Source: an uncultured Candidatus Bathyarchaeia archaeon
GTDB taxonomy: Archaea; Thermoproteota; Bathyarchaeia; Bathyarchaeales; Bathyarchaeaceae
Length of the DNA: 64,000 bases
Assembly: GCA_964618695.1 (NCBI GenBank)
Contig: CAZUDX010000004.1
Span: forward strand, 86,257 to 150,256
Direction of reading: 5' to 3'
Below, piece by piece: positions 28,614 to 36,369 of the stretch. Each line of letters starts with the position of its first letter. Position 1 is the first letter of the stretch. The notes beneath the pieces are model-generated. The model ran no database searches, was not told where the DNA came from, and was given only the letters and a program-made list of their open reading frames with translations. Both the position numbers and the translations under genes were made by a program.

Positions 28614-28826
28614 TCATGATTTTTTCTTTTGCATAGCCAACTTTTTTTCTAGTGCCCTGATTTCTTTTTGAAGGTTTACGTTCTCGTTTTTCAATGTCCT
28701 GATTTGTTCTTGCAGGTGACCAAAAGTTTGTATAACCGTGTTCATGCAGGATGCGCATATGTGAACCTGGCCTTCTTTGGGTTCTTTTGAGGTTTCAATG
28801 CCAGACATCGCCAGACCACAAGCCAT
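28614..28826 (-). CDS. Small coiled-coil protein
   Basis: 70 aa with a heptad-like C-terminal half (LQEQIRTLKNENVNLQKEIRALEKKLAMQKKK). Confidence 0.3.
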   Translation of the reverse strand: MACGLAMSGIETSKEPKEGQVHICASCMNTVIQTFGHLQEQIRTLKNENVNLQKEIRALEKKLAMQKKKS

Positions 28827-28980
28827 ACCTTTCGTGGTTAATGCGTAAAATGCTTTTCCATCAAGATTATGATATTGAACGGTTAAGGAGAATCTATGAA
28901 GAGGCTAACCCAAAAAAGGTAAAATTGTTTTGCTGTTTTCTGATGGAAAAAAGCTTTGACCAGAAGTTTACAAAAAGGGT

Positions 28981-29349
28981 CTATATGACAGTTATTTTTC
29001 CGTATTTCCCGGTGGAAAGCTGCAACACATTTCTGAAAGATTTGGCGTACCCATTCTCGATTTTCACTTTATCGCCAACCATAACTTGGTTAATCTGTTC
29101 ATTCCAGAGCGTCAAAGTTATCGATCCTGTTTCATCTTTAATCGTAGCGTCTGCAACCATTAAAGGTCGATAACCATATTTATTGCGTACCTCGCGAGCG
29201 TAAGATTTTTCGGTAACTTCTGCTTCAACGTTGATTTCATTATCTCCCTCTTTAATATCGACTATTTTCACTTGAGTCACATCCTTTGAACAAACTCTTC
29301 CAGCGTATGATAAAGGCGTTCCCCTTCCCAACATGACCAACCAACTCAA
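28981..29349 (-). CDS. OB-fold protein, second SSB-like paralogue (no tail)
   Basis: 122 aa. INVEAEVTEKSYAREV...ADATIKDETGSITLTLWNEQINQVMVGDKVKIENGYAKSFRNVLQLSTGKYG parallels the OB core of the 18981 SSB. Confidence 0.55.
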   Translation of the reverse strand: MSWLVMLGRGTPLSYAGRVCSKDVTQVKIVDIKEGDNEINVEAEVTEKSYAREVRNKYGYRPLMVADATIKDETGSITLTLWNEQINQVMVGDKVKIENGYAKSFRNVLQLSTGKYGKITVI

Positions 29350-29465
29350 AAGTCTTACTATCCGGATTGGTTCATCAAATCAGCGAACCTACGGAGCTCC
29401 TCCACGGATGGAACCCAAAAATCCTGCCGAAATCAGTTTTTGATTAAACTTTTTCCAAAGTTTGG

Positions 29466-29481
29466 GTGGTGGGCCGGACCG
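29466..29481. repeat. 16-nt direct repeat of the tRNA-Val 3' end (candidate att remnant)
   Basis: gtggtgggccggaccg at 29466-29481 is identical to 31399-31414 (CCA, discriminator, 3' acceptor strand and part of the T stem of the minus-strand tRNA-Val), in the same orientation. Confidence 0.6.
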
Positions 29482-29569
29482 AACAATTGTTAAATTAAAA
29501 ACCCCCCTTTTTTTGGGTATCAGTTTTATAAATCGGTAATTATAACTTCAATGTGGGGAGGTAATAATT

Positions 29570-30391
29570 ATGGGTCAAAGGAATAGAATGCTTTTTTCTT
29601 TAATTTCTGGGATCATCATTTTTGGGGTGAGTACTGCTGTAGCATATATTTTCTTCAGCATTTTGGAATCCTCTGCTGAAGCGAGTTTACAAGAATGGAA
29701 ATTAGGAGGAGCATTTGCAGGATTTGTCTTCACAGCTTCTCTATTAACCTCTATTACCTTCCAATTTTATAAACAAATGACGACTGATCAGATTTCAGAA
29801 TATCGTGACCAAATTCAAGAACTTCAAGCCAAACTCGTCAAAGGGGCTCCACGTCCGGAAGGATATGTTATCGAAATAGACGAAAAACACAAAGTCGTCT
29901 TCTCTCGACCAAAAGAATGGTACCCCCTAAAAGGCATTCTATATCAATTTGTTGAAGAAAGAGCTCCTCATTTGAAACCTGCAAACTTCAATGTGGTTTA
30001 TCAAGGCGTAAGTGATCTATCTAAGTTATATAAACAACTTAAGCTTGGAAAATTTGATCCAAATAACTTTGACCCCAACAAAGTTATCGATGATATAATT
30101 ACGGTAAATCTTGAAATGCTAAATGCTTTTACTGGCTCAGATGAAGACAGGACTTTAACAAAAGAATATATAACTGTTGACGGAATCAAAAGTTTAAAGG
30201 TTACTAACCATTCTACTGTTCCTGACCTAACTGGAGAAGGCGAAACAAGAATGTGCCAATGTATGGTATTAACCTATGTACCAAAGTTAAATGCGTTGTA
30301 TCAGTTTACCTTTTCTGATGATGAAGAAGATTATCTGAAATCGAGTGAAATTTTCAACAGTGTAATTCGATCCATTCGGTTCCTGCCATAA
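29570..30391 (+). CDS. Membrane-anchored hypothetical protein (2 N-terminal TM)
   Basis: 273 aa. GGAGG 8 nt upstream of the ATG. Two hydrophobic helices, then a soluble domain with no recognised motif. AT-rich relative to neighbours. Confidence 0.5.
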   Translation: MGQRNRMLFSLISGIIIFGVSTAVAYIFFSILESSAEASLQEWKLGGAFAGFVFTASLLTSITFQFYKQMTTDQISEYRDQIQELQAKLVKGAPRPEGYVIEIDEKHKVVFSRPKEWYPLKGILYQFVEERAPHLKPANFNVVYQGVSDLSKLYKQLKLGKFDPNNFDPNKVIDDIITVNLEMLNAFTGSDEDRTLTKEYITVDGIKSLKVTNHSTVPDLTGEGETRMCQCMVLTYVPKLNALYQFTFSDDEEDYLKSSEIFNSVIRSIRFLP

Positions 30392-30624
30392 CGCGTTAAT
30401 TGAAATGACTCACGACTCACTTTCCATTCTTTTATATTCTGTATACTTTTTGTGTATACGCGAATAATGGAACTACCGTGTGTTGCCATGGTCATGCAGA
30501 AGAACAAGAGGATATAGTTGTGGATATTTTTGTTGAAGCTTAAAATTAGTGTTATATGGTCAAATAAACAGTGCTTGTTGCTTTTTAATGGTAATCTTTA
30601 ACAGTAAATGATCTGTTAATTTTA

Positions 30625-31380
30625 ATGGGGAAGAGTTTGAGGGCAAAATATCAAGTCTTTAGAGATGTTGGAGGAAAGTATAGATTTCGACTTCGGGATT
30701 CTAGTAACACAATTGTGGCTGTAAGTGAAGCTTATGAAAGTAAAGCTGGGTGTATAAACGGAGTAAAATCAGTGCAAAAAAATTGTCAATCTCAAATAGA
30801 AGACAAAACTATTGAAAGTGAAAGACGTCCGAATCCAAAGTACGAAGTTTTTGCAGATGTCAATTTAGCGTTCCGATTTAATTTGGTTGCGCCTAACGGT
30901 CAAATAATTGCCGCCAGTGAAGGTTACAAAAGCAAAAAGGGTTGTTTGAAAGGAATTGAAGCAGTTAAGAAGAGTTGTGGCGCAGAAATAGAAGACCTAA
31001 CTGTCAATCAAATTGCTGAAAAAGGATCAGAAAAAATTGGAAAACAGGTTTTCGGAAATGTAGATACGGGCATGGCGATGCTCTCTCCTCCTAATGTTGT
31101 AGAGTCTGGTTCAATTGTAACTTTTGAAGGGTACCTTATGACCAAAACAGGTAAAGGCATAGGAAAAGCCACAATCAAAATTCTGGAAAGTGATAGGTCT
31201 TTCATGGGTGATAAAGTGTTAACTTCTGGGGTAACAGGTGAAGACGGTAACTTCAGTATTAACTGGAAATCTTATCCAGCGGATTGGTGGGATGACTCAG
31301 TAGAGGTTTATGCAAGATTCGAAGGTTCAGAAATTTACAAACCAACCAGAAGCGCAAATTATAGAATAAGAGTTGTATGA
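30625..31380 (+). CDS. Protein with two YegP/DUF1508-like repeats and a C-terminal beta-sandwich-like domain
   Basis: KYQVFRDVGGKYRFRLRDSSNTIVAVSEAYESKAGCINGVKSVQKNC and KYEVFADVNLAFRFNLVAPNGQIIAASEGYKSKKGCLKGIEAVKKSC are two DUF1508-type repeats. The tail (GKATIKILESD...GEDGNFSINW) resembles carboxypeptidase-regulatory-like folds. Confidence 0.6.
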   Translation: MGKSLRAKYQVFRDVGGKYRFRLRDSSNTIVAVSEAYESKAGCINGVKSVQKNCQSQIEDKTIESERRPNPKYEVFADVNLAFRFNLVAPNGQIIAASEGYKSKKGCLKGIEAVKKSCGAEIEDLTVNQIAEKGSEKIGKQVFGNVDTGMAMLSPPNVVESGSIVTFEGYLMTKTGKGIGKATIKILESDRSFMGDKVLTSGVTGEDGNFSINWKSYPADWWDDSVEVYARFEGSEIYKPTRSANYRIRVV

Positions 31381-31399
31381 TGCCCCCAACAAAAGTCAG

Positions 31400-31476
31400 T
31401 GGTGGGCCGGACCGGATTTGAACCGGCGACCTTCTGCACGTCAAGCAGATGTCCTAACCAACTAGACGACCGGCCC
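31400..31476 (-). tRNA. tRNA-Val (anticodon GAC), CCA encoded
   Basis: Manual cloverleaf of GGGCCGG-TC-GTCT-AGTTGGTTA-GGAC-A-TCTGC-TTGACGT-GCAGA-AGGTC-GCCGG-TTCAAAT-CCGGT-CCGGCCC-A-CCA. All stems pair. Confidence 0.9.
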
Positions 31477-31504
31477 TTCAGTTTCTTTTAGGATGGTTTT
31501 CTCT

Positions 31505-31512
31505 TATTTAAG
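31505..31512 (-). promoter_or_regulatory. TATA box (CTTAAATA) for tRNA-Val
   Basis: 29-36 nt upstream of the tRNA 5' end. Confidence 0.5.
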
Positions 31513-31543
31513 TTTCAGTGGTGGTTTTTGTTTTCCCATAATG

Positions 31544-31551
31544 CTTAAATG
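31544..31551 (+). promoter_or_regulatory. TATA box (CTTAAATG) for tRNA-Ala
   Basis: 24-31 nt upstream of the tRNA 5' end. Mirrors the tRNA-Val box. Confidence 0.5.
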
Positions 31552-31574
31552 GTTTCTTGTCGGGTTAGTGTCGT

Positions 31575-31652
31575 GGGCGGGTAGATCAGCCTGGAACGAT
31601 CGCAGCGTTGGCATCGCTGAAGCCGCGGGTTCAAATCCCGCCCCGTCCACCA
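31575..31652 (+). tRNA. tRNA-Ala (anticodon GGC), CCA encoded
   Basis: Manual cloverleaf of GGGCGGG-TA-GATC-AGCCTGGAAC-GATC-G-CAGCG-TTGGCAT-CGCTG-AAGCC-GCGGG-TTCAAAT-CCCGC-CCCGTCC-A-CCA. The G3:U70 alanine identity pair is present. Confidence 0.9.
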
Positions 31653-31677
31653 TAATTTCTCCAAAAATGCGCGCGCG

Positions 31678-32154
31678 TTACGAAGTTTTTGGTCCGAACT
31701 TCTTATTCCAAAACCATCCAAGTTCGCCAAAAGATGTGACGAAAACAATGAATGTCCAAGCCGTCATTATTATCTGTAGAATTTGTGCCCCCTCGACCTC
31801 GCTGACGAATAAGGTTGTTGGCAACTGCGTTGTTATTGTTATCAAAGCTACAATAAGCCATACTATTAGTGCAAAAACGTAAGATTTAGCTCGTGCGCTT
31901 CTTCCCGGCAACCATTTGTACGTCAAAGCATAGATTATGCCAAGTATCAGTCCCAAAAAGGGTCCTCCGATTAGGAGTGAGAATGGATTCACTTTTAACT
32001 GCACGTAATAAACCCCCCATAAAGAAGGGTAGGTTTGGAAGCCCAGTATGGAAGCGAAAATAAAAAACATTGCTGGTACAGTTATTGCGTAAAAAATCCC
32101 GTAAACTAATCCCGCAACTATTCCAGCTTTAATGCCTCTCCCCAATTCAACCAA
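31678..32154 (-). CDS. Small integral membrane protein (4 TM)
   Basis: 158 aa, four hydrophobic helices. Confidence 0.5.
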   Translation of the reverse strand: MVELGRGIKAGIVAGLVYGIFYAITVPAMFFIFASILGFQTYPSLWGVYYVQLKVNPFSLLIGGPFLGLILGIIYALTYKWLPGRSARAKSYVFALIVWLIVALITITTQLPTTLFVSEVEGAQILQIIMTAWTFIVFVTSFGELGWFWNKKFGPKTS

Positions 32155-32215
32155 TAATAATCCCGAAAATGATGGGATTAAATTAAATATAAAATTTGCC
32201 TATATTTTCAATTAA

Positions 32216-32432
32216 GGTTGCACATATGCACGCAGGCTCCAACTCTTAACCCGCTATCAGATATTTACGGCAAGAAGGAACAGCTCGCTCTGGAAGAGTG
32301 TCGCCTTGTCACGGCACCTTATCCAGCAAGAATACAGGATTCTGAAAGGGAGCGACGCTTACGGTCGCCCACAGGAGGGACACCCTTCCGTGCCTAAACA
32401 GCCTCGCCAATCCGCTCGGCATGCCTCACCTC
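32216..32432. other. GC-rich, hairpin-rich non-coding segment (candidate structured RNA, identity unknown)
   Basis: Visibly higher GC than the flanks. Hairpins gcgac-gcttacg-gtcgc and ggaggg-aca-cccttcc, plus longer-range ggcac/gtgcc and actctt/aagagt complements. AT-rich TATA-like boxes (aaatataaaa, ctatatttt) lie just upstream on the + strand. Confidence 0.3.
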
Positions 32433-33653
32433 TCACTCGCTCCTTGAATGCTCCTTAAACAATATTGCCCCTACCAAAGAAAACAATACTCCCAAAGTGC
32501 AAACTATAAAAATAATCTGGTAAGAAAAAAATTCGTTTCCAGCTTGGTGTGTTGAGTCAATTATGAAACCCATGAAATACTGAAAGAATCCCCCACCAAT
32601 AAAGTTGAAGATATTAAGGCTTGCAATAGCTGAACCGGCGATTTCAAGAGGAAACACACTTGCAGGAATTGTTAGAAAAATACAGGTAATACCATAAGAA
32701 ATACCTAGAAAAGCAAGTAACGCAAGGAGTTGATAACTGTCAAGTGCTGCTCCAAAGATTGACATCAACAGCCAGTAAAGCAAGCTGAGGATTATACCCG
32801 TCAAAAGAACCGGTTTTTTTCTGTTCACTTTGTCTGAAATTATACCTGCTAATGGAAATGCAACCATAAAGCCTATGCTGATGAACATGAAAAAGAGACT
32901 TGCATTAGCGTTGCTCATTCCATAAACATCCATCAGGAAAGGACCAGCCCATAATCCTTGAAAACTTACGAAACATCCATAAACAAAGAACGGGACTGGC
33001 ATAATCTTTAGGAGCTGTCTGTTCGAAAGTATTCTTCCAAAATCTTTCCTAATGCTTCTCTTGCCTTTGAGCAACTTGTCTTCGCTGTCCTTAATGGCAA
33101 ACCAAGCAACTGCGACAAAGAGGAACATGAAGAGGAAGACAATCAGAAACGCTTCTCTCCAACCTAGAGACAATGTGAGAAGCGCCAATGGAGATGATGC
33201 AACTACGCCACCGACATGCCCAATAGATGTCAACGTTCCAGTCAGAGTTGCATATCTTTTCGGGTTAAAACTTGCAGCCAAAGCCTTAAGCGCAGAAATG
33301 TAGAAACCTCCTACCCCAAAACCAACGAGTCCTCGACCTAATGCCAGAATAGAAACTGTTGGACTCAAAGAGAACATTAAGTTGCCGCAAGAAGCTATTA
33401 TTCCCAATATGGTTAAGGTCTTACGTGTTCCTATCTTGTCAAGCATGATTCCAACTGGTATCTGTGCCACCGCGTAAGAATAGAAGTACATGCCAGACAT
33501 CAATCCGAGAACTGAATTATCCGTGTTGAAATCTGTTACCAAATTAGTTGCAATAGGTGCAGTTCCAACTCTATGAAAGATAGAGAAAAAGTAAAGAATC
33601 GACAATGTAACGAAAACGGCGAGTCCAGTTTTATCTCTGCTCATCGAATGCAC
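32433..33653 (-). CDS. MFS transporter
   Basis: 406 aa, about 12 TM, with the MFS-typical loop motif GIMLDKIGTRKT between TM2 and TM3. Confidence 0.8.
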   Translation of the reverse strand: MHSMSRDKTGLAVFVTLSILYFFSIFHRVGTAPIATNLVTDFNTDNSVLGLMSGMYFYSYAVAQIPVGIMLDKIGTRKTLTILGIIASCGNLMFSLSPTVSILALGRGLVGFGVGGFYISALKALAASFNPKRYATLTGTLTSIGHVGGVVASSPLALLTLSLGWREAFLIVFLFMFLFVAVAWFAIKDSEDKLLKGKRSIRKDFGRILSNRQLLKIMPVPFFVYGCFVSFQGLWAGPFLMDVYGMSNANASLFFMFISIGFMVAFPLAGIISDKVNRKKPVLLTGIILSLLYWLLMSIFGAALDSYQLLALLAFLGISYGITCIFLTIPASVFPLEIAGSAIASLNIFNFIGGGFFQYFMGFIIDSTHQAGNEFFSYQIIFIVCTLGVLFSLVGAILFKEHSRSE

Positions 33654-33779
33654 TTGAGTTTTCTCCCTTTTCTGATCAGCATTAGTTAGATTAATAATTA
33701 TTTAACTAACCTAGAATAAACTAAAGTAGAGAAATAAGGTGGACAAAAACTATGATAGAAAAAATTACTAAGGACAAAG

Positions 33780-33804
33780 GCGGGTTCAAATCCCGCCCCG
33801 TCCA
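33780..33804. repeat. 25-nt direct repeat of the tRNA-Ala 3' end (candidate att remnant)
   Basis: gcgggttcaaatcccgccccgtcca at 33780-33804 is identical to 31625-31649 (T arm, 3' acceptor strand and discriminator), in the same orientation. Confidence 0.8.
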
Positions 33805-34094
33805 TATTGCTTCTTCTTTCGTCTCGTCGGAGATTAGAGGACCTGAAGAGTTAGGTAATAAGAGTGAGTCCGATGATAAATGATTGAACGAGCTCAACAG
33901 TAAAAACTTGTTTTTATTGCGCCCCCCCGTTTTATCCCCTGAATTGATTGTTTTTGGCGATTTTTATCTGGTTCTAATGTAGTTTTTTTGTTCACTTCTC
34001 GTTTTTTCTGTTTTTTAATTTTGAACAAAGTTCTTAATTCTCCTTGATTTTAGGTCCTTTTTTACAACCAGCTGAATGAATTTTGGGCATTAAA

Positions 34095-34108
34095 TGAACA
34101 AACATTCA
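34095..34108 (+). promoter_or_regulatory. Inverted repeat TGAA-N6-TTCA, distal operator candidate upstream of amt
   Basis: aaaTGAAcaaacaTTCAac. Nearly the same 20-mer recurs 69 nt downstream. Confidence 0.4.
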
Positions 34109-34151
34109 ACTATACAGAAATTAACGGATAATTATTCATTTTATCCAAAGA

Positions 34152-34159
34152 TTTAAATA
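34152..34159 (+). promoter_or_regulatory. TATA box (TTTAAATA) of amt
   Basis: Canonical archaeal TATA sequence about 120 nt upstream of the amt ATG. The second operator copy follows immediately. Confidence 0.45.
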
Positions 34160-34163
34160 CAAA

Positions 34164-34177
34164 TGAACAAATATTCA
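34164..34177 (+). promoter_or_regulatory. Inverted repeat TGAA-N6-TTCA, proximal operator candidate overlapping the predicted TSS
   Basis: aaaTGAAcaaataTTCAct, 5 nt downstream of the TATA box. Confidence 0.4.
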
Positions 34178-34275
34178 CTTCTTTGTTGAATGGCTTGGGA
34201 GGCAGCAACAATCATGGAAACTAAAAACATCCAAAAAAACACTTCAAACACAACCAACCTTAAGAGGCACAAACA

Positions 34276-35523
34276 ATGGCAGTAGGAGACATAGCATGGA
34301 TCTCAACAGCAACTGCACTAGTTATGCTAATGACTCCAGCACTCGGATTCTTCTACGCGGGTTTAGTTAGAAAGAAAAACCTTGTTTCAACACTTGTTCA
34401 ATGTATAATAATATTCGCAGTATCAAGCTTAGTCTGGACATTTTGGGGCTACAGCATCACATTTGGCCCCAGCATAAACGGCATAATCGGCGACTTATCA
34501 TTAGTAGGATTAAACGGAATAGGTGTAAGCACCATAAGCTCTTATGCAACTCAAATTCCTGAACTACTTTTCTTTGCTTTCCAGCTAAAATTTGCGGCAA
34601 TCACTCCTGCTTTAATCATCGGAGCATTTGCCGAACGAATCAGATTTCGTTCACTTCTGATATTCACCGTACTTTGGTCAACATTCATTTACTCGCCTGT
34701 AGCGCATTGGGTATGGAACGCCAATGGATGGTTAAACTTTCTTGGTGCAGTTGACTTTGCTGGCGGCATAGTAATTCATATTACAGCCGGTTTTTCCGCA
34801 CTCGCTGCTGCGTTGGTTATTGGCAGACGAAAAACACCAAAAAAACAATCTGATAATGGCTGTAATGAAATCGAACACAAAGCATGCAACATTCCCTACG
34901 TAATATTAGGTGCATCGTTGCTCTGGTTTGGCTGGTTCGGATTTAATGCAGGAAGCGCACTAGAAGCAAACGCCATTTCCGTATCTGCGCTTGTAGCAAC
35001 TAACTTGGCTGCTGCAGCAGCTGCAACAAGTTGGATGATTGTTGATTGGCTAACTAAAGGGAAACCCTCAGCGGTTGGAATTTCTGTTGGTGCAGTTTGT
35101 GGATTGGTGGCGGTGACTCCAGCTTCAGGATTTGTTAGTGTTACGTCTGCGATTGTCATCGGTTTGGTTGCGGGAGTAATATCAAACCTAGTGGCTAACT
35201 GGAGGTTGGCAAAAACAAGAATTGATGACTCACTGGACGTCTTTGCTTGTCACGGAATAAGTGGCGTATGGGGTTCTATAGCTACTGGATTGTTTGCCAC
35301 AACCATGGTAAATAATGTAAATGGTTTGTTATATGGCAATTCTTACCTTTTGATTGCTCAAGTATTGTCTGTTCTATTTGTTGCTGCCTTCTCCTTTTTT
35401 GGCTCTTTTCTGCTACTGAAAATAATTAATGTCTTCTCTCCGCTGCGAGTGAGTCCAGAAGAAGAAGACACAGGTCTTGACCTAAGCCAACATGGAGAAG
35501 AAGCATACGATCTGGGATTCTAA
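34276..35523 (+). CDS. amt: Ammonium transporter (Amt/MEP family)
   Basis: 415 aa. Motifs FFYAGLVRKKN, DFAGGIVIHITAGFSALA, WFGWFGFNAGS, VFACHGISGVWGSI. Confidence 0.92.
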   Translation: MAVGDIAWISTATALVMLMTPALGFFYAGLVRKKNLVSTLVQCIIIFAVSSLVWTFWGYSITFGPSINGIIGDLSLVGLNGIGVSTISSYATQIPELLFFAFQLKFAAITPALIIGAFAERIRFRSLLIFTVLWSTFIYSPVAHWVWNANGWLNFLGAVDFAGGIVIHITAGFSALAAALVIGRRKTPKKQSDNGCNEIEHKACNIPYVILGASLLWFGWFGFNAGSALEANAISVSALVATNLAAAAAATSWMIVDWLTKGKPSAVGISVGAVCGLVAVTPASGFVSVTSAIVIGLVAGVISNLVANWRLAKTRIDDSLDVFACHGISGVWGSIATGLFATTMVNNVNGLLYGNSYLLIAQVLSVLFVAAFSFFGSFLLLKIINVFSPLRVSPEEEDTGLDLSQHGEEAYDLGF

Positions 35524-35532
35524 AACATAAGA

Positions 35533-35569
35533 GTCTACATTTAACTTTAAACATGATAAAAATGTAGAC
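35533..35569 (+). terminator. 10-bp stem hairpin downstream of amt
   Basis: gtctacattt (35533-35542) pairs with aaatgtagac (35560-35569) around a 17-nt loop. Confidence 0.4.
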
Positions 35570-35817
35570 CAAATTAGCACCTAGAATGTTTCAAGAATAT
35601 TGGAGAACCCTTGTTAGCTCTTCACCACTTTGCTAAGAAAATGTATCCCAAAAAACCAGATGAATTAAGAGAGGTCTTGACTGCTGAAACTATCAAAAGT
35701 TAGCAAAATCAAAAGTCGGTTGAATTCAAGTCATAACACCATAACGAACAGTTTTCCTCTTTAACTAGCCATTCTCAACTACCATTTGGCAACAGTTAGC
35801 ATTGAAATAACGTGTTT

Positions 35818-36312
35818 TCACAGTTGTATTAACGATTTCTCGTAGTCAGCAACTACGTGTTTCTTTCCTTTTTGAACAATCGTGTGCCCTTCTGCTTCCA
35901 GAAGCTTCGTTAACCCTTCTACTCCACCGGGATATTTTGGATTTAATACACCGCCCGTCTTTAAGGTGCGCCAGTAAGGCGTAATGTCTTCTACTCCGTT
36001 TTGTCTCTGCTCTTCAGCAGCATTGGCAGCCACCCAAGCAAAGATTCCCGTTGTCATTGGACAACCAATTGACGCCTTATGCTTCTTGGCAAGAGCCTCA
36101 CGAATCACATTAACTGTAACAAGTTTTCCTTCAGGCACTCTCCTCATCAACGCATCCACTTCCAAAGGCGCAGGAATAACAACTGTCCCAGTACCCCATC
36201 TTTGACTCATCTTCTCAGTGATCACCTCAACCTTAGGCAAACCCTTACTGTCATGTAGCTTCTCAACCCAACTCTTCCTTTTCTTAACCAAACTTCGCCA
36301 CCCCCAACACAT
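35818..36312 (-). CDS. MGMT-family / alkyltransferase-like DNA-binding protein (no obvious PCHR active site)
   Basis: 164 aa. From memory, KSWVEKL...LPKVEVI..KMSQRWG.GTVVIPAPLEVD...IGCPMTTGIFAWVAANAAEE...ITPYWRTLKTGG resembles the small archaeal 'MGMT family protein' group. Confidence 0.45.
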   Translation of the reverse strand: MCWGWRSLVKKRKSWVEKLHDSKGLPKVEVITEKMSQRWGTGTVVIPAPLEVDALMRRVPEGKLVTVNVIREALAKKHKASIGCPMTTGIFAWVAANAAEEQRQNGVEDITPYWRTLKTGGVLNPKYPGGVEGLTKLLEAEGHTIVQKGKKHVVADYEKSLIQL

Positions 36313-36369
36313 AACTAAATAGTCAATAGGTCGCGATAAATTTTATTCCACAACAACCATATCTGTTTC

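Noticed and set aside
31493-31882. 129-aa + strand ORF spanning tRNA-Ala.
   Set aside because: It reads straight through a tRNA gene and the antisense strand of a membrane-protein gene, so it is spurious.
32216-32432. Tested the GC-rich segment as RNase P RNA, SRP (7S) RNA or a riboswitch.
   Set aside because: I found no GGAAAGUCC/ACAGAA..GGCUUA-type P4 elements. The only helix-8-like stretch (CAGG...GAAA GGGAGCGAC) is imperfect and conflicts with a stronger local hairpin. The length (~215 nt) is also short. It is kept only as an unnamed candidate.
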